A stretch of DNA of 64,000 nt. Origin: Octopus sinensis (Eukaryota). The translations under genes and the position numbers were made by a program. The notes below the pieces were generated by a model, which saw only the letters and a program-made list of their open reading frames with translations, did no database searches and was not told the origin of the DNA. Numbering within the stretch: position 1 is the stretch's first letter; each line of letters starts with the position of its first letter. This document shows, one piece after another, positions 27,324 through 40,898 of the stretch. Where the stretch lies: the NCBI RefSeq assembly GCF_006345805.1, contig NC_043017.1, positions 3,100,001 through 3,164,000 on the forward strand, read 5' to 3'.

Positions 27324-28020
27324 GCGGCGGCGGCGGTGGGCGGCAGTGGTGGTGGTGGTGGTGGTGGTGGGTGTATATGTCTACGGCGGCGGTGATGTTG
27401 GCGGCAGTGATGACGATGGTGGTGGCCATGAAGGTGTCGGCGGCGGCGGCGGCTGTGGTTGCGGCGGTGGTGGTGGTGGTGGCGGCGGCGGCGGCGGTGA
27501 AGGCGGCGGTGAAGGCGGCGGTGAAGGGCGTCTGTGGTGGTGGTGGTGGTGGTGGTGGTGGTGGTGAGGGCGGTTGTGGTAGTGGTGGTGCACACGGTGG
27601 CGGCGGCGGCGGCGGCGGCGGCGGTGATGACGGTGCGGTGTGAGGTGGGGTGATGGCGGCGGCGGTGCTGCTGATGCTGGTGCAGATGCTGGTGGTGACG
27701 GTGCGACAGGGGTGGGGTGGGGGGAACGCAAGTGATGTTAGTGGTGGCGGCGTGGGATGTGGGGGTGGGTGGGGGACCTTGTATTACAGCGTAATGTTTA
27801 AAAGTTGTTGAATTTGTTAACTGGATGTTTTTGGTTAATCTCATTTGAATGATTGGTGGGAGGGTGGGGCAACGGCAGCTGGGGTGGTGGTGGTGGTGGT
27901 GGTGGTAGTGGTGCTGGTGCTGGTGCTGGTGGTGCTGGTGGTAGTGGTGGTGGTGGTGGTGGTAGTGGTGGTGGTTGTGGAGGTGGTGGTATTGGTGGTG
28001 GTGGTGGTGGTGGGTTGATG
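27324..28020. repeat. (GGT/GGC)n G-rich tract upstream of copy A
   Basis: Trinucleotide low-complexity tract. Confidence 0.9.
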
Positions 28021-28255
28021 GGACCGAACCCGGAGCCAAGTTGTTGGGGGTGGGGGGCAAACTTCTTACCAAACAGTCACTTACGTATAATATTTATGCG
28101 TCTTTACGATCTGAGTTCAAATTCCGCCGAGGTCGACTTTGCTTTTCATCCTTTCGGGGTCGATAAATTAAGTACCAGTTACGCACTGGGGTCGATGTAA
28201 TCGACTAGTCCCCTTCACCAAAATTAGCAGAAAGGAATGTTTGTTGTATAGAATA

Positions 28256-28460
28256 TACGAGGATTACTGGAAAGTTCCTGGCTTTGGGCAAAAGAAAATA
28301 CAGGAGAATCAGTTATGATTTTATTCACCATATTCCCCTTTCAGATTCACACACTGATTGCAGTGGTCCTTCATTTTTCTAAGCCACGTAAAAGAACTCG
28401 GAAGATTGGACCTCCAGCCAGACCCTTCACGATACCTCTAAAAGCCAGCAACTTTTCAGT
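28256..28460. mobile_element. Mariner-type terminal fragment
   Basis: TA|CGAGG.TTACTGGAAAGTTCC end typical of mariner MITEs. Confidence 0.45.
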
Positions 28461-28589
28461 GCCCTCCTTCCCACTTGTATGTTATATGCAGTGCGCATTT
28501 AAAAGAGATCTTTTCTTCCAAAAGGGTGTTCTTTCCAATTGCAACATAAATAATGTTAGATTGACGTCAACGGTCATTAATGGCGGTCA

Positions 28590-28740
28590 GAGAAGAAAGC
28601 TAATTCGAAGACTACAGATTCAGTCCATCACTGGAACTGTAAAAATCTGTAAAGCTTTCCAGAAGTTCATCATTTAGATATATATGAGCATGTCTAGATA
28701 TGCAACAATATGCATGAGAATACATACATAAAACATACAA
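28590..28740 (+). mobile_element. 5'-truncated 3' end of the same R4/Dong-like LINE
   Basis: Matches 46686-46818. Confidence 0.7.
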
Positions 28741-29402
28741 ATGTACGAAATAAATTAACCACACAATACGTACAGCAACACCGGGTTGTTAATTTGTTTA
28801 CTGGAAGGCGACACTTTTCTCTGTTGATGCATCCAAAAGTCACATTTGACAAACCACATCTATAGATCTAGACCTTTCTAGATTCTTCTTCATTTGTCTT
28901 TTTCAAGTCAACCAGAAACAGATCAATGCTTCCCCCATCGCAACACAGCAATTGAGCTTTCGATTCCCATACAATATAATTTAAAGTTATATGCAGTTCC
29001 AACTTTATTACTGGCAATGTCTGGTGAACTCAACTTCACCATTTATATTCAAACCGGTCATATCAGGCCAAAATATTTAATCTGTTTTATATGGAAACTG
29101 ACCAGATCCAACCTTTCTCACCAGCCCTACAATGCCATTCTAAAATTAAACAATCACATCATTGAAATCTCAAAGCTGATAATCCTTTCTGCTATAGGCT
29201 AAACAGCGGTGGTGTAACCCCCTACTGTCACGTTCACGTTAGATTGACAGTATACAACCATTCTATCGCCCCACTACCGTACATATCTCCTTGAGAGATT
29301 TAGAAATTTAATATTTCTGATTTTGATAATCAGTGAATAAGCTTCACTGAAAATTAGATATATATACATTTGCGAATCGCGACAGAGATTCGCGGCTGAC
29401 GG

Positions 29403-30085
29403 TTTTTTTTTTTTTTGTTTTGTCGGATATTTTGGATTACGTTTATTGTTGTGTCGCGGTTGTGAGTTCGAATTCGTTGGTGGAAGCTGTTACGGCGTGG
29501 TGAATTGTGGAAGTTTTTTTTTTGGAAAATGCAAGCCCAAACTTATGCAGGAGCGGCAGGCAGGGGTCTGGCTACGAGCGAACTGCAGTTGGAGGAGGTT
29601 TTTGTCGAGAAGAAGAGCCTGAAGGAATACTTCAACAGTTTCAAGAAGGAGGGTGACTGCCCGAGAGTCACACCACCAGAAGACGAAGTGAAAGAAGCAG
29701 AGATGCGTATCGTGACATATAGAACGTGGAACGTGGCTTCGAAGAAAATAGAAGTGACAGAGGTGGATGAAATTGAGAAGTGTTTGCAGGAGATTGAAGA
29801 AAAAACTACCTTCTATAATAGAGGTAAAAAGTACGCAACGTGGTAGTTCATTTTGAGAACGAAGCTGAAGCAAAGAAGAACGCTACAAAAATACTGAAAA
29901 ATGAAAACAAAATTGTATTTTAAATGAAACTGCGAGCCTGGGGAACTCGTAAGACATTCCATTAACCCATTATAAATAATTCATTTTCATACCATACTTT
30001 TCGATCTTTTTATTATATGTACCCCATGTCCTGTCTTGTAATGTCCCCTCTTAATTCGGGCCATTGTGCCTATAATAAAGATATT
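29403..30085 (+). mobile_element. Internally deleted non-LTR retroelement (L1/Tx1-like ORF1 start) with 15-bp target-site duplication
   Basis: TSD ATTCGCGGCTGACGG at 29388-29402 and 30086-30100; ORF MQAQTYAGAAG...; 3' AATAAA. Confidence 0.6.
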
Positions 30086-30111
30086 ATTCGCGGCTGACGG
30101 GCATCTGCTAC

Positions 30112-30158
30112 TCTAGACCGATGAAGAACAATGATCCTGAAACATGCGTGTCTCTAGA
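30112..30158 (+). ncRNA. Type I hammerhead ribozyme fold (CCGAUGA core variant) in candidate retrozyme
   Basis: TCTAGA-CCGATGA-agaacaatgatcct-GAAA-CATGCGTG-TC-TCTAGA; GUC site. Confidence 0.6.
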
Positions 30159-30447
30159 TGCCGGCCTGCCTGCTGGGGGGGGGGTGTTTGTCTCCCCTTC
30201 GTAAATGTATATAAAGACACGGGAAAAAATGTATCGAAGCAATCAGAAAGCGTCGATGCTTCCTAGGGCTAAACAGCGGTGATGTAATCCCCTACTGTCA
30301 CGTTCACGTTAGATTGACAGTATACAACCATTCTATCGCCCCACCACCGTACATATCTCCTTGAGAGATTTAGAAATTTAATATTTCTGATATATATAAT
30401 ATATATATTATATTCATACACACGTACATTCAAACCGTTTTATATAT

Positions 30448-30562
<115 letters not shown>

Positions 30563-31556
30563 TACACGCACACCCAACAGGCTCCTTTCAGTTTCCGCCT
30601 ACCAAATCCACTCACAAGGCTTAGGTCGGCCCGAGGCTATAGTAGAAGACACCATGCAGTGGGACTGAACCCGGAACCATGTGGTTGAGAAGCAAGCTTC
30701 TTACCACGCGAACTTCGTAAGTGTGATGCCTTCAGCGATGTAAACAGATATATATTATTACGTACTTTGTAAAAAATTCGTTTTTAAATAAGGAAGACAT
30801 CAAAATGCCGCAGAAAAGGATTTTATTTATCGATTCACAAAGAAAAGAAATCTTGATTTCAAAATTAAGAATTATGCATACACAGAAAGAAAACACTGGC
30901 GCCAGGCACTGAACTTTTCAATATTGGTTTCAAATTTTGAACGCAAGGCCAGCTGTTTTCGCGAAGGAGTGAATCAATTACATCGACCCCAGTGTATAAC
31001 TGGTATTTATTTCATCGACCCCGAAAGAATATAAGGCAAAGTCGACCTCGGCAGAATTTGAAGTCAGAGCGTAAAGACAGACAAAATTCAGCTAAGCATT
31101 TTGCCCGACGTGCTAACGATTCTGCCAGGTCACGGACTTAACAGAGTTTTTCAATATTAATATTTAAAATGCAACGCTTTTCGTGTATTGAGCGTTTTCC
31201 CTTCTCTTAAGTAACTCTTAATGACGAGTACACCATGTATGTATATTTGAATTAAGAACATTTTATATATATATATACAATTATAAATAAAGGCAAAGAG
31301 AAAAGAATTTCGTTGCCAACATGGCAAAGAAAAAATATGCTTTTGCTCTTATTTATAATTGTTTTTATAACTTTCACCTTAAAAGGTATTTTTCATGTGC
31401 TGGCCCCACAGGTGAAATTTTATCCTTGTTATATATATATATTATATATTATATATATATATATATACATATATATTTATTTATATTATGTACATGCATA
31501 CATACCCATACAACACACACACACACGCAAAGACACACACACACACACACACAAAC

Positions 31557-31610
<54 letters not shown>

Positions 31611-31704
31611 CATATATGATGTTCTGAGTTCAAATGTACATACATGGGGTACTCGTCTGTAAATGACCTTACTATAATATATAATATATATATATATATA
31701 ATAT

Positions 31705-31755
<51 letters not shown>

Positions 31756-31852
31756 TACATATATACATATATATATATATATACATAATACATATATTAT
31801 ATATATATATATATAATATATATATATATATAATATATATATATTATATATG

Positions 31853-31858
31853 TTTATT
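31853..31858 (-). promoter_or_regulatory. Candidate polyadenylation signal of copy B
   Basis: First AATAAA after stop (about 140 nt downstream). Confidence 0.45.
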
Positions 31859-31995
31859 CACTCGACTGTAAAGTTTTGGATCATTGCAACTTATGTTTAT
31901 ATTCAGCCGGATTCAAGAAAATACCAATGTCACATCTGGTTGTTGTTATAAACACAAAGAACGAAGTTCTTCGAGCGATACGATCGTTGGTAGCT

Positions 31996-32267
31996 TTACA
32001 TACCAAGGAGTGCTTTCCTCACTTTTGCATTGTATTCGCTAAGACCCTTGTCGGTGTTAAGATAATGATTCGACATATCTGTTGTATAGCGGCTGGCCTT
32101 GGTTGTTTTTCCACAAGTCTCACACAGAAGGCGGAAGTAATCAGACGTATTTCCGCAGCAAAGACCGATATACTGGACTCCAATCTCTTTACAGGCATTG
32201 CCAAAGAATTCAATTTCATTCTTACTGCAGTGGAACTGGAACAAGTTGCTCGGGAAAGCAGCCTCGC
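31996..32267 (-). CDS. BHMT: BHMT-like copy B exon 7 (terminal)
   Basis: 272 nt, GLCCG, TAA stop. Confidence 0.92.
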
Positions 32268-32616
32268 CTAAAATTATATTAAATCCACCTTTATCATCTG
32301 GTATATAAACGTACAAGTAATTCTCAATAATTTCATTTTTCAAACAAGTTGTATCCCTTAGCGGACATAATAATCTCATCATAATATCAAATGGGATTAA
32401 AAATTTGAAGACGAAATTAAGGAATAACGAAAAAGATACATAGAATGCACAAATACAATATTTTAACTTTTTTTTCGCTCTCTTTACTTATTATGAATTT
32501 CTGAAAATTTCTAGTCAGTGGTCATCACATAGAGCGCTATTTCATTCTTTTTAGAAACTTCCAGCATGATATAAGTACATTTGAATGTGGGTCTATGTGA
32601 GAGTGTGTGTGGGGGG

Positions 32617-32648
<32 letters not shown>

Positions 32649-34555
32649 CTGTGACAATCAAATGCTTTCAGTTTCACTTTGTCTTTCTTCTCAAATGAAG
32701 TACCAACCATATGAATATGCTGAAGGTTAACAGAACCGACGCGAGAAACAAAACCGACGTCAAATGCGAAGCCAAAACCGAAACCCGTTGAACCAGAAGA
32801 GCACTTGTCCGTTCAATAATTGGAACCAAAGAAAACAATAATAATAACACAAAGTAAGTAAAAAGAGCAAATAAAACATCAAACCTGTACATGGATCCTT
32901 GAACGATTGAAATGTTACCATTTTCTCATCACTGCGATAGGTGACAGGCAAAGCTGATATTGGGCCCTGAAAAAGTTAAAATGATGTTAACAGGTTGTTA
33001 CAGTGACAGGACAAAAACTTTCAAAATAAGAAAAAAAACTTTGCAGATAAAAGACAATATGTTACCTTACAAGCTTGTCTGACCCTTTTCAGGAGAGGAA
33101 CCATCGCCTTTGGTCCCATGCTACAGTTGAGACCTACAACTGCAGCCCCAGCTTCTTCAAGCTTCCTGCAAGCTTCCTCTAAGGGGACATCATCCACCGT
33201 GTGGTCCTTCGTAGTAGGGGCGATGTTTACTACTGCAGGTAAACCTGCGATAAAGCATAAAATAGAATGAAATAGATTTGTGTCGGGGTTTTGTGCGATA
33301 AGTAACCCAGTTGTTTTATCAACTGAACTGGCAATTCGTTTGGTTATAACGTTAAGTGGCTGTGTATACTAGAGGCAGTTGTGTCTTGAACGTAGTTCTT
33401 TGGTAGAACCAGCGAGCTACTCCATGGAATGCAGCTAGGCCTTTCATTTACAAATACAGGACATCCGATGGGCTACCAAACCTCTATCATGATGCTTGGT
33501 CGAACCCAAGCTATTGTCATTTGCCCCAGATGCCACGCAATGGCATCTTGTGGTTTCGAAGCGCACTTCTTAGCCAATCAGCCACATTTGCATCCAAAAT
33601 TCCATTTCCAGATTCCCATTGTACACGTTCATCCAAAGAACGAGATTCTGGGAGATCGTCGCGCTGCTAGAAATAGTAACTGTATAGCCTTCTGTATAAC
33701 AAATCCATAAAAAAATATCTAATACGTTGCTCGACTTAATATCACCCTCTGATCTTATCTACCATTAACAGAGTCCACTCTATCGTATTTAATGACATAA
33801 AAGACACGCGGTCATATGAGATGCAGTCCAATCTCAGCAGCGCATATTCAGGGGAAAATGCTTTCCATACATTAAAGCATGGAATATGGGCCCGATTTTG
33901 CAGATAGAACCTAGCATGGTATTTTTCCAGACATTTTTAAATGTGCATCTTATATGCCCTGAAATATGTATAACCTCATTTTCATCCACCGTACTTCGGG
34001 GGCCTTTCAAAAAGTTCCCTCCACTGTTAATTCCTTTGTGACTGAGTCGTTTATAATAAACATACCTACATAAGAAAATCACTCACCTCCACCGTAAGCT
34101 TTAATGGCTTCCAAACTCAACATGGCTTCTGTGAGTGAATAGAAAGTTTCTCCTAAAATGAAATCGGCTTTTTCTTCTTTGGCCCATATCACTTGCTCCT
34201 GAAAGTAAAATGAATTTCACTGAAATATACGAAATATAGGTATAGGCTTGGGTGGTGCGTGTTTCCGGGTTCGTCACTGCTGAACAGATTACGGGATAAT
34301 TTACCTAAACATATACTCGGATTATTTTAAGCCTTATCATTATGATTTGTTACTCTTTTATACTCTTTTTAATCATTTGACTGCGGCTATGCTGGAGCAC
34401 CGCCGTTAGTCGAACAAATCAAACCCAGGACTTATTCTTTGGAAGTCTAGTACTTATTCCATAGGCCTCTTTTGCCGAACCGCTGGGTTACGGGGACGTA
34501 AATACACCAGCATTGGTTGTCAAGTGATGTTGGGAGGAACAAACACAAACACACA

Positions 34556-34606
<51 letters not shown>

Positions 34607-35267
34607 CATATATATACGAGAGAGAGAGGGAGAGAGAAAATGATTCGAATAACCACAAAGCAGGTAAAACAAGGTATAACATTATGTTTGACGTCCAATG
34701 AGAGACCAAAAAAGTGGGAAAGCCTTAGACGTTTCGAGCTCAAACGCCGCCCCAGAGTGTCTTCTATTATAGCCTCGAACCCACCAAAGATTTGTGAGAG
34801 GATTTAGCCCACGGAAACCGAAAGAGGCCCGTTGTATAAACACACACACACACAAATGTATGTATATATATATATATATATATATATAGTAAAGTAAATA
34901 AGATGGCTAGCAGCAGGCTGTTTCGCCTCATACCGAAGGAATTAGAAATGGCAGTCAAAGACTGTTTTTTCCATTTTCCGAAAGTGGAGATTCCAAAAAC
35001 GAAGGCCCGTGTATGTGAGTCGCACGGGCCTTCGTTTTTGGAATCTCCACTTTCGGAAAATGGAAAAAACAGTCTTTGACTGCCATTTCTAATTCCTTCG
35101 GTATGAGGCGAAACAGCCTGCTGCTAGCCATCTTATTTACTTTACTATATACTGAACCTTACAAAGTTCCTGACGATGAATTTGTCGTATTTACATACCG
35201 AAATTTACCGGTAAATAATTATTGGTTACATGAAAAACCACAGAAAATTATTTACCATTTTTATTGC

Positions 35268-35310
<43 letters not shown>

Positions 35311-38300
35311 CTTTAGTTAAATATGTTCAATGAGAATATTATATCCTGAATTTATATTGAGTGCTGTATTGTATCAAAGTTTTAATACCTTTAAAGTATT
35401 CATATAATTAATACGAGCGATTATTTACATATATATTTTAATTATATATTATTATTAATATTAGGAAGTCAATATCAGAAAACTCCCCAGAATGATATAC
35501 ACGCGTAAAAAATAATTGTTGTAGTATTGGAAATATATAAATAAATAAATATAAATATGTATAAAAAATATATGTAAATATGCATGAGTATAAATATATA
35601 ATGTATTTGACAGTTTAAACTATTTGCTCTCTCTTTTAAACTGTCAAATACATTATATATTTATACTCATGAATATTTACATATATTTTTTATACATATT
35701 TATATTTATTTATTTATATATTTCTAATACTACAACAATTATTTTTCACACGTGTGTAACTTTCTAAAGAGTTTTCTGATATTGACTTCCTAATATTAAT
35801 AATAATATATTTGAGGCTCTTTGCATTTTTAGCTCCTTGATTATACACTAAGCCTGTCTCCCTGTTTAATACCACTCTCTGGTCCTTCGGAGACCACAGC
35901 GGAGACCACTCGGTTGCAAGATTCGGGCCTTTGTTCTCTCAGTTCCTAAGGCCCTTAAAAAGGTATCCTCATCTATTCTTTTCTTTTCCAGGCTAAACGA
36001 TTAAAAATATAGAAAACAAAAAGCACAACCTGGAAACCAATTCAGTAAAAGACTTTCAATAAATAGATGTCAACCTTAAACATAGCGTTGGTTGTATCTA
36101 CAGCATCCTTGTCACTGGGGTCGAAAACAGTGGTGTTGCTTAAGTTCCCCGCCATTAAAGTCCCTGTGTTATCAGCCACTTCGCGTGCCATTCTCAGAGC
36201 TTTTCTGTTCAACTGTTCCACTTCGTCCTCACGTCCGACTACGCTCATCTTGTGACGGTTACCATAATACTGTAGGCAGAAAAAAACAAAACAAAATATG
36301 GATTCACAATAAAGTTGTAATAGGTAGACAGACAATAGGATTTTCTAGAATGTTATTAAGATGGAGTTGTTGTCAGGAAAGAAGGCATATGGATGCCAAG
36401 TGATGAAATGATGAAGGCAGTTAAACCTCAATCCAGTTATAAATACTTGGGAATCCTTGCGGCAGATGGAATTACACACGACCCGAAAGAAAAGACAAAG
36501 AATGTGTCCCTGCGGCGAGGGAGAAGAATATTGGCTTCAAAGCTGAATGCCATAAACATAATTTCGGCAATAAACTCGGACGCAGTCGCAGTAGTTCCGT
36601 AAGGCTCTGGGATCCTGAAGTGGAGAGAGGAGGAGGAGGAACTAAAGGAGATGGACAGGAAGTCAAGAAAGCTCCTAACGATGCAAGGAGCCCATCATCC
36701 ACGTGCAGACACTGATCACTTTTACATGAAGAGAGCAAATGGAGGAAGGGGACTGATAAGTGTGGAAGACTGCGTGCGTATCGAACTCGAGAGTTTAATG
36801 AGATACCTAGACCAAAGTAAGGACAACTTGCCAATATCAGTTAGGAATGAGGGAGTATTGAAAGCAGTGAAAAAAAAGGAAAGAACAAAGAAAGAAGTAC
36901 AAAAGGACATAAAGAAGAATTACGCAACAAGAGACTACACAATCAATTCCATGTAACGGCAATAGAAGTTGCTGGAAAACATAGGGCGGATTGGCTGTAG
37001 AAAGGAACACTAACAAAAGGGGCTGAGAGCACTATACTAGCTGCGTAAGACCAAATTTTGGGCACCAATTGGAATGTGCAAATGTCTCCGCTGTTCTGCA
37101 TCTGTAATAAAGTTGATGAAACCATTGCTCATGTCACGAACGAATGCCCAAGACTTGACCAAAACCACTACAAGTTGTAGCGAATCAATGAGATAGTGAA
37201 AGTGGTATATTGGAAATTGTGCGAAAAGTGGGGCTACAGACAGGTAACACGTGGTATAATCACAAATTGCAGAAAGTGGCGGAGTCGGAGATTAGCAAAA
37301 TCCTCTGGGATTTTCCAACCCAAACAAATCAGGTCCCGAGCATAACAGACCGAATCAATTGGTGCTCAACACGATTATAGCTGCAATATCCTTAACTGGA
37401 CACGAAATGCGCTAATCAAAATAGACATGAAAACAGGATTGAGGATGCACCACCCCAAATCTGACATAGAAAGATTATATATACAAGGTATAAAAGGTGG
37501 TAGAGGCCTTATACAGCTAAAAAAATATATTACGAAATAAGCACCATAGGATTGCAAAGCTACCTACTTCAGAAAAACTAATACAAATAGGCACAAAACA
37601 CGAACAAAACGAAAAACAGTTTACAGTCTTTAAGGAAGCTGACAAATACAAATAAGAAGCCATACTAACTAACAACTATGAAGAAAAAGAAGAACCAACA
37701 AAAGCTGTAAAACAACTGAAATCTAAACTAAAACTGGGACAGCAACGGATCATGAGAAAACGATGGCAAGAAAAGCCTTTTTATGGTAAATACTAGGTTA
37801 AACTAAACGCAAAAGAAATAGACAAAGCAAAATCCCAACAATGGCTGAGTGGACCTCGGCGGAATTTCATTTGAGAACGTAGCTGCAGACAAAATACCTA
37901 TTTCTTTATTACCCACAAGGGGCTAAACACAGAGGGGACAAACAAGGACTGACATAGGTATTAAGTCGATTACATCGACCCCAGTGCGTAACTGGTGCTT
38001 AATTTATCGACCCCGAAAGGATGAAAGGCAAAGTCGACCTCGGCGGAATTTGAACTCACAACGTAACGGCAGACAAAATACGGCTTAACATTTCGCCCGG
38101 CGTACTTACGATTCTGCTCAAAAAGTAAAACGTTGAGCTGGTTTTTGGTGCGCTAGTCCCGACAACAATAACATTTTAGGTCAAAAACCTGCTCAAAAGT
38201 CGTACACAAAAGACGGGGGCACATGTACGCAACGTGTAATCTATAGAAGCTAGACAGCTTTGTGGGTTGCGACGCATACCGTATGGGATATTAACCTTCC

Positions 38301-38468
38301 ACAATGTCTAACCCGTGGGTAGAGGTAGATTATATGAATTGTGGCGATTGAGGGTGGGAAGAGATGTATTAAGAAATGCAGCGTTTGCTGCAAATTCCAT
38401 ATAAGGCAATACGGGTGGGGTAGAAATGGAAAATGCAAAACTTGATATATATGTTTGTGTGTGTATGC

Positions 38469-38513
<45 letters not shown>

Positions 38514-40844
38514 AGAGAGAGAGAGAGACATATACATACATATATTTATATGTATACACATATATTTATATAAATACATACACATACAATCAACCAAATA
38601 TGAACCATTTTGTTATACAATGCGTCTCCATCTCACCTTTAACTTGAAAATACCCTCTTCCCAGAACTGACGTGGTTTCATGACAAAGAATTCATCAAGG
38701 TATCTTTTTACCGCATCGAAGGAATTAAAATTTTTACCATTAAGACTATTCTACAGAGACCTGAAGAAGTGGAAATCCGAAGGAGCAATAGCTGTAGAAT
38801 ATGAGGGTGGGGTAACACATCCCAACCGAGCTGCAGCAATTTTTGTCTGGTTCCCAAAGCATCAAATGCCGAAAATGAACTTTCTTATCTTCCATTTTAA
38901 AGGGTTACAGAATTAACACAGGTTATAGGAACGTAAACCTTCTTCCACGAAAAGCTTAAACTGTGCTCTAAATGGAGGTGTAGTCAAATCCTATTTCATG
39001 GACTCAACCATGTTCTAAAATAAGTCAAAAGGTAAGCTACTATAGATCGGCACGAACTTTCTGGACAACCCAATATATAAATATATATATACAGTATAGT
39101 ACTGTTTCTACTTCGTGGATTTTCACCTGTCGTGGGAGGGTTTGGGAACGTAACACCTGCGAGAGTTGAGGGATTATTGTACGTGTGCATATGCATGCGT
39201 ATATGCGTTTGTGCATGTGTGTGTGTGTGTGAGTGCACACATGGATATTTCTGTGTGTGTACGTGTGCGTATGCATGCGTATATGCGTTTGTGCATGTGT
39301 GTGTGTGTGTGAGTGCATTAAACGTACAGTGAAAGCCAGAACGACGTCACTTCCTGCATGGACGAATTCTTCGTGCATATTTTTAACAAGATCTGGGTGT
39401 TCTATGACCACTTCCGGTACCATTGCACCAGATTTCAGATATCCACGTCTGTTGAACTCGAACATGTAACCCTCCGCAGCAAATACTTTCTCCCCACCAC
39501 TCAAACGGTCTTGTAAACCTAGAAAGACAAAAAATGGGGAAGAAAAAACAAAAACAGCAACAATATTATTTAACCGAAAATGTTTTGGATTGTTTTATAA
39601 ATTCTTCTTTTCTTTCTTATAACATTTTGTTTTTTATTCTTTTTTATTTTCTACTTGTCATACTATCATCATATCTTCCACCCTTATTTGCTTCAGTCGT
39701 TCGACTGCGGCCATGCTGGGGTACCATCTCGAACATTTTTTTAGTCAAATGTATTGATCCCAGTACTTATTTTTCAAAAGCTTCGTACTTATCCTATCGG
39801 TTTCTTTTGCCGAACCGCTAAGTTACGGCTAATAATTCCCTACTTACGAAAAGAGAAAAATGTTTCTTGTATTCACATGGGAAAATATAAGTTCTCTAAA
39901 TTTAAGTAATTGATAAATACATAATCAAATCATAGAATAGCAAAACTATATAATATAATATAATATAATATAATATAATATACAACATTGATAACTTTTG
40001 ACATCAAGATGTACCTCTCACTGAAGAATTTATATAAACCCTTTGAAGTTTCAATTCCGCTAATATAATTCTATTCCTCCAAGATATAAACTAATAATAA
40101 TGATTACCTTATATATAAATATAATTATAATGATACGGTCTTAAACTAATTTTGCTGGTAAATTTGAAACGTTTATATTAATTTAACATTAGGATTCTTC
40201 AAGTTGTATAAAAATAGTTATTGTCTGCATCATTCGAAAGAGAAATAAATTCTGCATAAGGTGTAAAAGATAGAAATAATTTGTATGGTGTTAGTAACAA
40301 AATATTTTGTAAGAAATAGAACTTTTATCATCGGTCTTAAATTTATTTTCGCCAGTGTATATATATAGCCAGTTGGAGGAGATGTCTTTCTGGGGCTACA
40401 AGCTACAGTAGCATCGACCCTTGAAGGTTAGCCACATTTAAGCGGGAAATATGCTTCACGATGTTGTGCAGCTATTGTCTATACCTCGCTCAGAGATTTA
40501 TTATTGCTTATATATATTGTTTAAACCTCGCCAAGATAAATATTTAAACCACCTGAGGAATGACTGCGACTCAAAAATTTGAAGAAGTTAGCAGGCATGA
40601 AACGATCGTCTTGTGATATTAATTATATTTTTTTTAATAATTTTGTTATATATTTAAATAATATAAATTAAATAATCTTATGTATTGGCTTAAGTTTTTC
40701 ATTGTATGATTTGCCTAATAGTGGTTTTGTCTCTAATTTAATATAATATAATATTTTACTATAAAATTGGATTCAATCCTAAATCTGATTTTTCCCTGTA
40801 AGTTTGGATTTATTCCCTAATATTTATTATTAATTTATATATAT

Positions 40845-40898
<54 letters not shown>

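Larger units (their letters stand above)
29197..30391 (+). mobile_element. Candidate non-LTR retrozyme / Penelope-derived tandem unit (372-nt monomer plus 125-nt repeat) interrupted by a LINE-like insert
   Basis: Direct repeats 29197-29321 and 30267-30391; hammerhead at 30112-30158. Confidence 0.55.
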
